Of a DNA stretch of 64,000 bases, positions 1 to 13,364 are shown piece by piece (position 1 is the first letter of the stretch; every line of letters begins with the position of its first letter). The position numbers were made by a program, and so were the translations under genes. The DNA is from Stylophora pistillata (lineage: Eukaryota), in the NCBI RefSeq assembly GCF_002571385.2, contig NW_019217784.1, positions 1,049,387 through 1,113,386 on the forward strand, written 5' to 3'. The notes under the pieces were generated by a model. The model made no database searches and was not told the origin of the DNA. It saw nothing but the letters and a program-made list of their open reading frames with translations.

Positions 1-1575
1 ATGAATTTCAAACCAGTTGAGTTATATTTCACTTTGCTGTATGTGTCGTGATCATGAAATTCTTATTTCTTAAGATTGATGATATGAATTAACTTTTATG
101 TTCTCTTCTGTTTAAGGTAATGTGAAGTGACCCAATAATTGGTAGTATAGATAGAATGGATGGCTGTGACATTTACTGTGGCAAGCTGTTATTCAAGAAT
201 TTGTCATTATTTCCAGAAACTTACCACTGGTTTAAATTATTAGTCTTTTTTTCTCTGTACCCAACTTGCCTAGACTAATATGCTATATGGGAGTTATGTC
301 TACTTTATTTGTAAAATTGGTAAAATTACCAATAAAATTTCCGATAAAGTTTTCAGAAGTTTTGTCAGATTTCATTGAAAATGAATGTGAGGAGTTATCA
401 GTCATATTCCTTAAGAGTGTTTAAGCTTCCAGGATGAGAGCTTCTTCACTGATACTATCAGCTGTACAAGTTCTCGTCAAATTGTCACATAAATGTCATA
501 ATTTAATAGGTTGAAAAGTAAGGTTGCTGAAGGTGTATGTGATGTTTTTGGGCAGTCTCTGGGCTTTTACATAGATCAACCAGAGAAGCATTTTGTCTGC
601 ACGTGTTCAGTAAATTTTTGTTTGAAGTGGATAACTGCTGCTACATGCCTGTGTGGGTGTCCTGTAAAAAAAGTGAAGCAGGAAAATGCGGTGGAAAACC
701 ATAGTAGAGTGAGTTCTTGAGACAACTTTTCTTGTCATTTTTCCCTCTGTAACTTAGACAGAAGCACCCTAGTCTTAATATGGTTGTGTGGTGTGAAAGG
801 AAGTCACATTGATTGATTTTCCAAATGCAAAAGTGTGTGCAATCGAGTTCAATTCCTTTGAGTGTTTTAGAGCTTAAACTGCTAGTGCAATGTATTTGCA
901 ATTTCAGCAAAAAGTAGAAGTTCACAGAAGTTTAGGTTTTGGTTGAAAAGTTTTTTTTAACAAATCACAACTGAATCAATTATTTTCCTAATAAAAAATA
1001 TATTTGACTTCATCCATCCTTTTACAGCCCAAAAACATAACCCTCAACAGATGAGAATTGCACCATAAGTAGAGAGGTGTGTACAAAAAAAGAAAGACCA
1101 CCCTGTTGCCTGAATGTGAATAGAATCAAATAGCAAATTATGAGTTTCCAGTTGTAATAATAATAGTTAAATGAATCAATTATTTTCCAAATAAAAATTA
1201 TATTTGACTTCATCCATCCTTCTTAAAGCCCAAAAACATCACATACACCTTTTGCAACCTATTAAGTTANTAGAGTTATCTGACAATTTCATAAGCACCT
1301 GCACAGCTGATAGTATCAGTGAGGACAAAAACAAAACTTTTTCCTAGGGCTTGTATCCCCTGGGAACAAGACTGAATGAAGTCAGATTAAAATAACAAGG
1401 AGAGTTGTTTTTTTATGAAAATAAATCATTTACACCTATTAGAGTTTAGAGAAATAAGACTGAAGTCAAAAGGAGACTTTGATACTGCATATTAAGTGGT
1501 AACGAACACCAACCTGGCTGCTATGTAAAGAAATTTATAGACATTTGCCAGGGGGTTTAGCTGTGACAATTTTAC

Positions 1576-2293
1576 NNNNNNNNNNNNNNNNNNNNNNNNN
1601 NNNNNNNNNNNNNNNNNNNNNNNNNNNNNNNNNNNNNNNNNNNNNNNNNNNNNNNNNNNNNNNNNNNNNNNNNNNNNNNNNNNNNNNNNNNNNNNNNNNN
1701 NNNNNNNNNNNNNNNNNNNNNNNNNNNNNNNNNNNNNNNNNNNNNNNNNNNNNNNNNNNNNNNNNNNNNNNNNNNNNNNNNNNNNNNNNNNNNNNNNNNN
1801 NNNNNNNNNNNNNNNNNNNNNNNNNNNNNNNNNNNNNNNNNNNNNNNNNNNNNNNNNNNNNNNNNNNNNNNNNNNNNNNNNNNNNNNNNNNNNNNNNNNN
1901 NNNNNNNNNNNNNNNNNNNNNNNNNNNNNNNNNNNNNNNNNNNNNNNNNNNNNNNNNNNNNNNNNNNNNNNNNNNNNNNNNNNNNNNNNNNNNNNNNNNN
2001 NNNNNNNNNNNNNNNNNNNNNNNNNNNNNNNNNNNNNNNNNNNNNNNNNNNNNNNNNNNNNNNNNNNNNNNNNNNNNNNNNNNNNNNNNNNNNNNNNNNN
2101 NNNNNNNNNNNNNNNNNNNNNNNNNNNNNNNNNNNNNNNNNNNNNNNNNNNNNNNNNNNNNNNNNNNNNNNNNNNNNNNNNNNNNNNNNNNNNNNNNNNN
2201 NNNNNNNNNNNNNNNNNNNNNNNNNNNNNNNNNNNNNNNNNNNNNNNNNNNNNNNNNNNNNNNNNNNNNNNNNNNNNNNNNNNNNNNNNNNNN
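1576..2293. other. Assembly gap (run of N)
   Basis: About 718 consecutive Ns; ORFs spanning it are artefacts. Confidence 0.99.
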
Positions 2294-3024
2294 AGGCAAT
2301 AGTAAAAATTACCACAAAAACACAGTAAAAAAATAAGCCAAAACCGGAGTTGATTGAGGTAAGACGATAACAATTGTTAAGACACATGCCTACCTACCAT
2401 GTACAACAGACTAGGAGAGCAAAAAGGCCAAAGACGGTTTTGGATCATGACTTGGAAAATCCACCAAAACCTCCCGAAAAATAATTCGCTGAGGGTTGTA
2501 GTAAGAGCAACTTACTCCTGAAGCTGGAACATTTTTTAAAGCCTTGTGTCCTATATGACTGTATAGAGAACGAAAAGACGATGTTATTTAAAGTGATTTG
2601 ATGCTTGGGGGCCACCTCAAACTTAACGCAATTTTACTTCGAAGTTGAAGTAAAATAAGATCAAAATCTAAATTTCCATCTTTCCTCGGATCAAATATCT
2701 CACGATCGTCTCCACATACAACTTGGTGATTCACAAAAATAAAACATCAACATCTTAAGACTAACCTTCAAGGTTTGTTGTCTCATGTGTACATTTTGAT
2801 CTTCAGTAAATCAAATCTCAAACTTCAAGTTTTCGGGCTTTTTTCGCGTTTTGTTCGCACTTTGATCATTAAAATATCCTCAACTGAAGAGCCAGCACAC
2901 ACCACGAGTATCCACAGAGTTAGAAATGTTGGTTAACTTGTCATACTCCTTCATCCATCTTCCAAAATTATTACAAAAAGGTGGCGATCGTCCAGTTGAA
3001 ACCTCGCAGAAACGCGTCGAAAAC

Positions 3025-3075
3025 TTCACCAATGGCGCCGAATACGAAAAGCCAGTTCCATTCGCGCATGCGCAG
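3025..3075. promoter_or_regulatory. CpG-rich promoter-like element upstream of DMGDH (NRF1-type GCGCATGCGC palindrome, YY1-like AATGGCG)
   Basis: Motifs visible at ~3031 and ~3064-3073; CCAAT/ATTGG boxes at ~3735-3775. May also serve an unidentified divergent gene. Confidence 0.4.
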
Positions 3076-3860
3076 ACAAAATGCCTCTCTACTCTGCGTT
3101 TTGCAATTCTAATGAGAAAGATGGATTATTCTCAAGGCCATTGAGTACTTTTTTCGATTTGGGAGCTCAAAATGTTTTTCGTTAAACTTTTATCATATAC
3201 CTCTGGCTTTTCAAAATTAAAACCTATCGTTTTTCAGTTTAAGCCTTGAATGTTCAAGAGAAAATAGGCTCCAAAGGGATGTTGATAAAGGTTAACCGTA
3301 ACGGACAAAGCAGAGTCTCAAATCACGCGAACAAGGCCGGATTCGAATGTGGACATACATACGTGGTACATCATCAACGCCTAATGAAAAGGTTACTGTT
3401 CATATTTGTTTGTGCTTTCATTTAGAGGAGGAATTAGAGGTGCTGGGGCCTTGAATGGCTGCTCAGTTCATACTTTGCTTACTGCTTACTGTTTATTTAC
3501 TTATTTTCGTTTTTATGGATGAGTGTGCCTGTACAAAATCATTCAACAGACAACGTATTGTTCTTTGAGCATCGTGAGCAAGCAGTGCAGTACTGATTAA
3601 TTTTACCGCTTGACTTTTGCTCAGGCGTTCGTGCTTGTCCGGTTCCTTTGTCTTGTTTTTCAAGTTTCGCTCCAAAAAGAACGGAATCCCGCTTTTGAAA
3701 GCTTGTCAGGCTACCTGTTCAAAGCGACACTTTCATTGGTTGACACCCCTAAAAATCCTCTATGATTGGTCAATCTATTATGAATGACGGCATGTAGTCC
3801 AATTCAAGTATCATACTTGCGAAAACTTGCTATATACGAAATAACGTGGAAGATGTAAAC

Positions 3861-6800
3861 ATGGCGAACGTCCTCAGGGTTGGTAGTTTACTACGTGGAA
3901 TATTTCGAAGCAGTAGCGTTAAAATCAGTCGTAAGCGTTGTGCTTTTCTTTCTACCACTTCGTGGCGCCATGGAAGCTCAGATTCGAGGTAGATTGTTCA
4001 TAAGTAAGATCCTAAATTAGGATGACGATGAGAATGAAAGCATTGTATGCATCAGGGTCCTGTGTAATTAGCTAGAAGCTAAGTAACCTACAAGTTTAAG
4101 TGGAGAAAATATATCAGATGAATAATCAGACTTAAAATAAATACACGTAAATGCAAAATATACTTTCATGATATACGTAATTTCAATTCAAAATTGTACG
4201 TCGTAGTTCTTTCACAACCATTGTCGCAGGCATTGTGAGGAGTCTTTGATCAGTGGTCGCGTAACAATCATCAGTTTCCATGTGATTCTATAAATATACT
4301 AAAATTGTCGTCAAGTTCTCTAGATCAAGTCGAGCAGTGAGTTATGTTTCAAGTTAAGAAATATTTATGCGATGCTCATCGCATGTAGGACTGAAATGTT
4401 TCGTAACAATTTTGTTCTCATATATAGCTTAAACAATTATTGCACACCTTTTTTAACAGCTTCATAACGATAAATGTTTTTAAAAGCTAAGAAGACGTCA
4501 TAGAAGCAGTGCAACTTGAAAAAAGTCCCTTGATCGCCTCTGATAAATGTGGATAAACAAATATTTTTTGCTTTCCTTGATGAAATTACCAATTGAAATC
4601 GAATTTTGGTAAGAGGCATTGCTATCTGACAATCTAGCCTTAGTGAAATTTAAAAAAAATCTCAATTGTTCATGAAAAAGTGACATTGCTTTTAATGTGG
4701 TATGCAGTACTTTAATATTAATTTTTCCATTTTAGTTCATCTAAACTGAACAAACGTTTGAAGGAAGATGCAGAAGTTGTTATCATTGGGGGTGGTGTAC
4801 TGGGCACCAGTATTGCATACCATCTGGCCAAACAAGGCATGAAGGATGTTGTGCTCTTAGAAAAATCAGAATTAACAGCGGGATCAACATGGCATGCTGT
4901 AAGTAGATTGCATATTTGTGTAAGGGTAAATCATAGCATGTTGAACTGTAATTACATATAGAGTCGAAAAAAATTACTGATGGACTTGCATTAAGTATAG
5001 GGCATCCAGCAGTAGTCAACCATCTTTCTTCAGTTTACGGTGCTGGCATACTGAGCCTTCTCGCACACAGGTGCCTGTCACTATCTCAGTGAAGAGTTCT
5101 TGGCAGATGAGTGGGAGAGTATCTGGCTGCAAAATCAGAAGACGTGGGGGTTGAATCCCTTGGGGGGGGGGGCACTCGTGCTTGTGAAAAAATAACATCT
5201 TTCTGTTTTCACATCTGTTAACAGGCTGGGCTGACAACATATTTCAACCCTGGAATAAATGTCAAACATCTTCACTATTACAGCATTCAGCTTTACTCAA
5301 AATTGGAAGAAGAAACAGGGCAGGTAATCAGGATTTCACTGTAAATGTTTGCAAAAGAATTATCCAATTTCAGATTTTTTTGTCAAAAGGTTGCTTTTAA
5401 GATAAAATGATTATATATTTTTTTGTTTAGTTTGAATAAAATTTTCTAAACCTTTGACTCGTAAGATTGACTAGAATGGATGGCACATCAATGAATCACA
5501 CTCCAAAGTCTCGACAATAAAGGAAAATATTACCAACTAAAGAACCTCTTGATTATTAAACAAATTCTCTGTAGGAATTGTATTGAGAACAGTATGAAGA
5601 GAAAGGCATTATGATGTTACAGTCTACAGGGTTAATGAAAATGTTGATGAAAGGCTCCTGTGATCACAACAAGTAATAAATTCATGGTGATATTTCTCCT
5701 AGAATGTAGGATTCCACACACCAGGCAGTTTGCGGCTGTGTACAACACCTGAACGCATGGATGAAGCTAAATACCAGATGCAGAGACATGGATGGCATAA
5801 GGCTCCACAGTGGCTGGTTACTCCAGATGAGATTGCAGAAATGCATCCACTATTAAAAATGGATGATGTTTTGGGAGGCTTATTCAATCCTGGTTAGTTT
5901 TACTTCGGCAACAGTAACCTAAGATGATTTACAGTCTAACCTGTATCAAGCAGCACCTTTTTAAGAGGTCACCTTGTATGAAGCAGTTCAAAAGTCCTGA
6001 AATTTTTACCCCTCAATTGTTGTGATTTTTACCCCTATTAAGTAATTGTGATCACCCTTTACTGCAGCTTTACTATGACTGCCTGTATTGTATTGAATTT
6101 TCACTCAAAGTGGAACCAAATGTGATCTTTGAAGTAAAATTTAACCCATATTTATCTCCCAAAATTATTGTTCTTAGTATTTTTGTGTAAGTCTGCACAT
6201 TAAGTGTTTAATTATGGCATATAATGATGTTTTTATCGTTTCTTTATAATATCCCTGTAGTGTGGAACCTATATTAAGGGGTCAGCCTGTGTCAAGTGGC
6301 CAACATGCCATTGGCAGTGGGTGATCACTTGATACCAGTTTGACTGTAATTAACCTTGTAGATAAGCATGCTCAGTTCTTTATTCGCTTTATATAGATGT
6401 GATGATGGTCAAGTATGTAATTTTATAATGGATTAAATTATGTTTAACTTTATCAGATGATGGCCACATTGATCCTTACTCATTGACGCAAGCCTTGGCA
6501 ATTGGAGCAAGAAATTATGGAGCCAGTCTTTACCTGCCAGCACCTGTGACGGGACTGAATCACAGAACTGATGGCTGCTGGGATGTTCGCACTGAACATG
6601 GAAACATCAAAGCCAAGCAAGTGGTCAATGCTGCAGGTACTAAAGATGGAAATGAAAATGTTTGCATGAAATGGTCTTGTTTCATTTAGCTTCAGAACAC
6701 TTAACAACTGTAATTGTTGTTCTAACCCTTTGACTTTTAAAAGTGATTAGCATTTAATTTCTTGTCACATTATCATCCCTAAATCAAGCACATGGTCAGG

Positions 6801-9800
6801 AGATTAAAAGAAATGATCACCAATGAAAGAAGTCCTTGACTGTTAAACAAATTCTTTTAATCAGCACCTTAAGGAATGTACAGATAACAATGGACAATAT
6901 GCTTACTGATGTTGGGGCTCACAGATGTAAAAATTAGTGGGATGAGAGAATTCCCCAATCTCTGTATAAATTATATCTTGAGCTGCTTGATAAGGCTTGT
7001 CACTATGATGATCCACTGATATTTTCTGTGAAAACAGTACTATGTTCTCATAAGTATTTTAGGGTGTGGAGCCAACTTAATTTTGTGGGGTTTGAGGTCC
7101 CATAGCAAGTGATTTGAAATGTAATGCATTTACAGCATGATAGTAAATGCTAACCAGTGGTTATTGAATTTTACTTTCATTTGTTATGCTATTTCCTAAT
7201 ACTTATACACTTTATTGTTGTTAAATTTAGGGTTCTGGGGTCGGGAAGTTGGTCAAATGGCAGGACATGAGCTTGCAATGGCAGCCATTCACCATCAGTA
7301 TGTTGTCACGTCTACCATTCCTGAAGTTGCAGCTCTTAAGCATGAGGTACCTGTCATCAGGGATCTTGAAGGATCTTACTACTGTAGACAGGAGAGGAAA
7401 GGCTTGTTATTTGGACCATATGAACTTCCAGAGAAGATGAAATTGCAGGATGAATGGTATTTGACTTGTACTTTATTCGCTCATGTCTTGCACACCAAAC
7501 TTTTCAGATCAATGTCAGTGTTTGAACAACTATGCACCTTCCCCTCCCCTCCCCTCCCCTCCCCTAACCCAACAACAGTCAATCAATAACAAGTTAGGTC
7601 AAATGTTGGGCTAGGGGAGGGGTGGGTGAACAGTTGTTCAGATACTTACTTAAGTCTAACCTTGCCTTGATCAACATTATTTAATATTCCATTCAAAGTT
7701 ATGAAGTTTGGTTCAGTTTGTTTGTGGTTCTTCACTATGTGAAGAACCACAGCCTTTTTATGACTTGCAGCAATTTTTTAAAGAAGAATTATTTCCAGCA
7801 TCAAAGGAATTAAATGACTATTTACAACTTCATCAGGTGGGATGGTGTGACACCAGGATTTGGGAAGGAACTCTTTGAAAGTGACCTAGACAGAATCAGT
7901 GATAATGTTGCTGTGGCAATGGAACGCATTCCAGTACTCGCAGATGCAAATATTGCAAGTGTTGTGTCAGGTCCTATAACTTACAGTCCTGATGTCAGTG
8001 CTATAATTGGACCTGCATTTGATGTGCCTAATATGTGGCTGGCTGTTGGCACTGGTTATGGCATTATCCATGCAGGTACATGCATGCTGATACAAAGTAC
8101 ATGCAATGTGAAAGTTACTCTCTGTTTCTAGATATTTTTCCTGGTTACCATATGTTTATTCACTTAGTTGAACTCACCAGCTGCGTGACTCTTATGCTTG
8201 CAATGTTTCCCTCACAATTCACTGGTACCCATTTCTACTTCCGGGGGGAGAGAGTAAGAACACAAAACAATTACCTGGGCAGATCTCAAACCTGCATATT
8301 TCAACCCAGAGTCCGGGGCATTTACCATCATAGTTGAACCATTTTGTTTTGATAGTGACTTGATAGCACACAGGTCTAAATTAATACAGCTCCATGTACC
8401 TCAAGTCAATGCAATGGAGTTTTTTAAATTTTGACCTAAGGTGGCATTGGTAAATACATTGCGGATTGGATGCTGGATGGAGAGCCACCTTATGATTTAA
8501 CTGAACTAGATCAGGGTCGCTATGGCAAGTGGACATCAAAGGAGTATGTAATGGCTAAAACGAGGGAATCATATGGCTTGAATAACCAACTTGGTCATCC
8601 TAAACTTGAAAGGCCTGCAGGGCGACCTGTCAGAAAGAATGCTATTTTTGAGGTAGGGTTTGACTCTAGATAATTGTAACAGCTGACTTGAAGCCAAAAA
8701 GAGCAAATTAAGTTATCATGAGGGACCAAGAAGAATAGAAAGTAAAAACAAGAAGACTGCTTGTGACACGGGAAATGCAGCTAATACTCTGCTCAAACAA
8801 AAGTGATCAATTTGCTAATTTGTGTGTTGCTCGATAGTATCCATGTATTGTGCTAAGACCTGGATTCTCGTATCCTCAATTTGTCGGGTTGATAAACAGT
8901 ACTCAAACCAATAAATAATGTTATATCTTTCAAACTTTGATACACGCTTTATTTATTTGCAGCGTCTTGTAGAACGAGGTGCAGAAATGGGATTCCACGT
9001 GGGTTGGGAGCAGCCAAACTGGTTTGCACTGCCAGGCGATGAGGGTGGTTACAAGCCGAGCTTTAGGAGAACAAACTGGTTTGAGCCGGTTGGACGAGAG
9101 TATGACTTAGTTCTCAATAAAGTTGGTATTATCGATCTGACACCATTTGGAAAGTTTGAAGTGAAAGGAAAAGATGCTTCAAAATTCATGGATATAATGG
9201 TTGCTAATGTTTTACCCAAGGTAAAGGACGGAAGGTCTTGCTGCTAGCCAGATTTCGTTGGTGAAGTTTGGACATATGTTTTCAGTTGCTACAGACACTG
9301 TGTACTTTTTCGTTACCATGTTCGCGGGCACGTAATTTGACCAAAATAGAAGAAGCTTTTTTGGCAAACTTAAATTTCTCACGTTGAAAGAGAACTGTCT
9401 TTAAAGGAAGTGAATTCTGCTGAAACTCACTGAATGCCGCCGATCAGAGTTGTCTCATTTCACTGATTTTTTTAAAGCCTGAATAAACAGATTAATCATT
9501 TAACAAACATTTTAAAATACTTTGTACCGGAGCAAATAACTCACAATTTTCGTGTCTTTTCCATTTCAAGTACAAAGCCACACGGTATACCCTAAATGTT
9601 ACTCGCAACAGAACAAAACCCATGCCATTTTCACGTGAAACAAATCTATAAACCTGAGTATGAGTTTATGAACGAGTAAGTTCCATAAGCATTTTCCCCG
9701 CACCTTTTTCTAGCGCCTGTCTTTGGGCAATCGAGAACTTGGAAAATGCAGCAAATGAGTTACGATGCAGAACGAACTGTATAAAAGGTTTGAGATTTCT

Positions 9801-12171
9801 CGTTCCTTTGTAGGTCGGCTGCACCAACATCAGCCACATGTTAAGTCCAAGAGGCCGAGTATATGCTGAGCTGACTGTATCCACCGTATCACCTGAAGAG
9901 TATTTCTTGTTGACAGGAAGTTCCACAGAATTTCACGATCTCAGGTTAGTGCGGCGCTTTAAGTTATGGTAACTACATTATGTTTGTAAAGTAAAATTCA
10001 TAGGCATCTGTATTGATCAACAACAAAAACTGTGCAACTTAGTAGTCAGTCAGTTGTTTAAAACAACTTGATGAATAGATAGGTGGACGTCGCAGAGGGG
10101 GATCCAACTGTTTATCGTGCCAAGGCTCTGCATTCGTCATCGTTTACCGCTCCCTCCTCACCAATCTCCATCTTTCTTTTATTATAAATAGAAACTAGAT
10201 TATGCGCTCTTTCCACTGCAAGAAGCGAGGAAAGGGATATTTGTTAAAAATACTTGTTTTGTTTTCCAATCATTTGTAGATGGTTACAAGATTATGCCAG
10301 GAAAGGGAATTTTGACGTCACTATTGAAAATGTAACAGATAATATCTCCGTGTTGGGTATTGCAGGCCCTTACTCCCGCGGCGTCCTTTCCAAACTTACC
10401 CCCACAGATATGAGCCACAGCCAGTTTAAATTCCTGACATTTAAGGACATGGAACTAGCTGGTCTCCCTGTACGTGCTATGAGAATTTCGTACTCTGGTG
10501 AGTGAGAGCGTTAGCCAGTGGAACTCTGATCTGGACTTCTTGACCAGAATGTCTTTGAGTATTTTCAGGTTTGACTGTACTAATTTCGTTGCCTCGTTTA
10601 ACAAATTACAAGTGTTTATGAAATGTTCATTGTAGGTGAACTCGGTTGGGAGTTATACCACAAGAATGAACACACAGCCGAGCTGTACGAAGCTCTTTTG
10701 AGAGCTGGGGAGGAGTTTGGCATTGGAGACTTTGGTACTTATGCCATGACGGCGCTGAGGATTGAGAAAGGATTTAGGGCTTGGGGACAAGAGGTACACT
10801 GTGTGTTTCAATTAAATCTCTCACTAGCCGAGCATCCTCTGGCCACGCTCTGGATATGAGGCGTAATCATGTTAATCTGATTCCTTTTTGTCCGTTTGGT
10901 ATTTTTTTTTTTTTTTGTAGTGGTCCTCGTTGAGACCTTTCCGACGTCCTCTTTACGTCTTATGAAAAAAAAAGACGCAACCAGTAGCGGTTCGCCTGTT
11001 CCTGGCAATCGGTTTTTTTTAGGACGAGTGATAAGAGCTAGAGAGCAAAAAAGAGAGGACTAAGGAGAGGAAAGAAAGGAACCCTTTCTTTCTTTACGTG
11101 ACTTCTGTTGAAAATCCCACTGGGCTTTTCTCACCCTATTGTCTGTCTCCGCTGACCGAGAGATTGGTAAGGGTTAGAAACTAAATAGTCACATGGTATT
11201 TCTGTAAAGAAAAATTGTTTTCATCATCTCATTTTCCATCAGATGAATATGGACACCACCCCTCTGGAGGCTGGCTTGGATTATTTCGTCAAATTTGACA
11301 AGGTAAACTAAACGCTGACGTAAATTATCGTGATATTACATGTGGCGACTGAACTTAAGCTTTTTGTTCACAGGGTGTGGACTTCATTGGGCGACAAAGT
11401 TTACTTCAACACAAGGAGAATGGAATCGAGAAGAAACTCTGTATGTTGACGGTTGACACAACTGATGCGGATCCTGAAGGAAATGAAACTATTTGGTTTG
11501 GAGGAAAAGTATGTTACTTGTGAACTACTATTGTTCTCGTTTCCTTTTTCACTCTCCGAAAATGTTTATAAAACCTATCTCTGGTAAAGATATTTCACAA
11601 CTTATGATCGCACGATTCTATTTTACATCAGTACCTTATTGATTCAGTACAAGTGGTTTTTTTTCTCCATCAATAAGCCGTAAAAGTTTATTCGATCAGG
11701 AAAAAAGGAATCTTCGGACCTTAAAATTTCTCTGAGTCACAAAACAGCGCCTATGGTTTTCGAAAATCGCGTAGCCTTATGGTCCATCTGACAAAGTTTT
11801 CTACCACCTTCCTCGTCTTTTTATGTCTACCCTCTAAGTCCTACCACATCATTCCCCATCCCCCTTTCACCATTTCTCAAATCATATTCCTTAGAATCGT
11901 ATCTCTGTGAACTTCTCACTAAAGCAAACCTCTTTGGCAGGTTGTTGGTAACACGACGTCTGGTTCGTACAGTTACAGACTTAAAGAGAGCATCGCAATG
12001 GCGTATTTACCTCTTGAACTCACGGAACTCGGATCCCGGGTCGAAGTGGAGCTCTTGGGAGCCAAATGTCCCGCAACGGTAGTAAAAGAACCACTGTTCG
12101 ATACAGAACCTGTGCGCACAAGACGGCTACTAAAAGCTGCCAAATTAACCAAAGGAAAGACTGCTATATAA
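3861..12171 (+). CDS. DMGDH: Dimethylglycine dehydrogenase, mitochondrial (15 coding exons: ~3861-3988, 4736-4898, 5225-5323, 5703-5892, 6458-6636, 7231-7456, 7837-8075, 8441-8652, 8963-9220, 9814-9944, 10280-10497, 10636-10793, 11243-11302, 11374-11508, 11941-12171)
   Basis: Arg/Ser-rich transit peptide; Rossmann VIIGGGVLG; [15 protein letters not shown] (covalent-FAD His); HQYVVT; GcvT/folate-binding C-terminal motifs ([43 protein letters not shown]); GT-AG introns keep frame. Confidence 0.95.
5447..5635. mobile_element. Short ~190-bp interspersed MITE-like repeat with TTAACCC...AGGGTTAA-type ends (related copies ~6722-6920, ~44485-45197, ~46790-46980)
   Basis: Shared internal motifs (aaggaaatgatcaccaa, gttaaacaaattct, gagaacagt-tggagaat) recur in several introns; ends resemble piggyBac-type TTAA-CCC. 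Confidence 0.55.
5932..6346. mobile_element. Tc1/mariner-pogo-type MITE in DMGDH intron 4
   Basis: TA|CAGTCTAACCTGTATCAAG ... CTTGATACCAGTTTGACTG|TA terminal inverted repeats with TA TSD; related partial copy at ~15848-15920. Confidence 0.7.
7508..7648. repeat. Short foldback element
   Basis: tgaacaact...cccctcccctaacccaaca / tgttgggctaggggagggg...agttgttca inverted arms. Confidence 0.6.
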
Positions 12172-12522
12172 TGTAAAGCAGACCGCAAAGCACAATCATC
12201 TCACCCTCCACCTCCCCCCTCCCCACCGTTAGACAGAATCTTCTTCCTGTTCCTAGGTTCCAAAAAAATAGCCCGTTAACGATTGAACGGCTTTTTGTCT
12301 TCGCAACAGGAGAGTTAAATAATTCAGCAACACATGCTTCTGACCAGAAGGCTTCTTAGAAGATTTCATCTTGACCGAATAAAAACGGTGTGTGCCTGTT
12401 CATTATGCGCAACTTCTAATGTTTATACATCGACACCCCATTTCGGTTTGGAAAGAAATTAATCAAGCTGAATTGTGTAGATACTTTTTAAAGAAATAAC
12501 TGAACTTATTAAAAACTAGATC

Positions 12523-12540
12523 ATTGGATAATGTAATTCT

Positions 12541-12573
<33 letters not shown>

Positions 12574-12685
12574 TAGCCAATATACCATAATCTACAAATA
12601 TGGCAAGCGTACGTGTCAGCTTAAAATTAAAAGGAGCCAAAAATTTAATAAAATTTAATAATTTAATTCAACGGTTTTAGTAAAA

Positions 12686-12722
<37 letters not shown>

Positions 12723-12803
12723 TATAGCCAACTCGGCGCTACGCGCCTTGTTGGCTATCTATCATCTCATATCCAACACGTGCTCGTGGAATAATTGTTA
12801 ATT
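12523..12803 (-). mobile_element. Non-autonomous element ending in a long hairpin (12684-12799), between the DMGDH and BHMT 3' ends
   Basis: ~55-bp inverted arms bounded by AACAATTATT...AATAATTGTT; minus-strand apex GCGC-GTA-GCGC. Confidence 0.65.
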
Positions 12804-13364
12804 ACACCTTGTCGATATTCAGTACTTTGTGTGATTTTGATGCTGCATGAATGTCATGTAAATAGATGATTGTAAAAGTGTTAAACCTGGCTCAGAGTTT
12901 ATGAATAGACTTCTCCAGCAAAACAAATAAATGTTTCAAGCAAAGCAAAGGTAAAAAATGTCATCTTTTATTATGCATCTTTTAACTCTTACAGCACACT
13001 TTCATAATTTTTATTTAATTTTCAGATGTCAAGGCATTGGCGCTTCTGCGAATAACCATAGCACACCAAAGGCGTGTCAGTGATTAAGACACCGCTATAA
13101 TTAAGCTAAACGAGTTTATGTGAAGAAGTTCATTGAGATAGTTCCCAATTAAAATTTATAACTACCCAGTAATCCCATGGATCAAATCCTAAATTATGAC
13201 AAACTCTTTCTTTTTTAGCGTTTTAACAAAAAATCTGATCACGCAATAAGGCATTTAATGTCCCTTCAAAAACCTATTTAGTAAGCTGACTCAGCAAGGT
13301 AAGACTTGGAACAAGCCAAGATTATTGCAATCTGAACACGAATACTCAGTTTCAGGCTTGAGTG

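Noticed and set aside
1492-2387. Long ORFs in the ORF track
   Set aside because: They consist of N-gap X residues.
7005-7070. Possible C/D box snoRNA (ATGATGA...CTGA) in a DMGDH intron
   Set aside because: Box spacing is too short and I could not recognise a terminal stem or rRNA guide.
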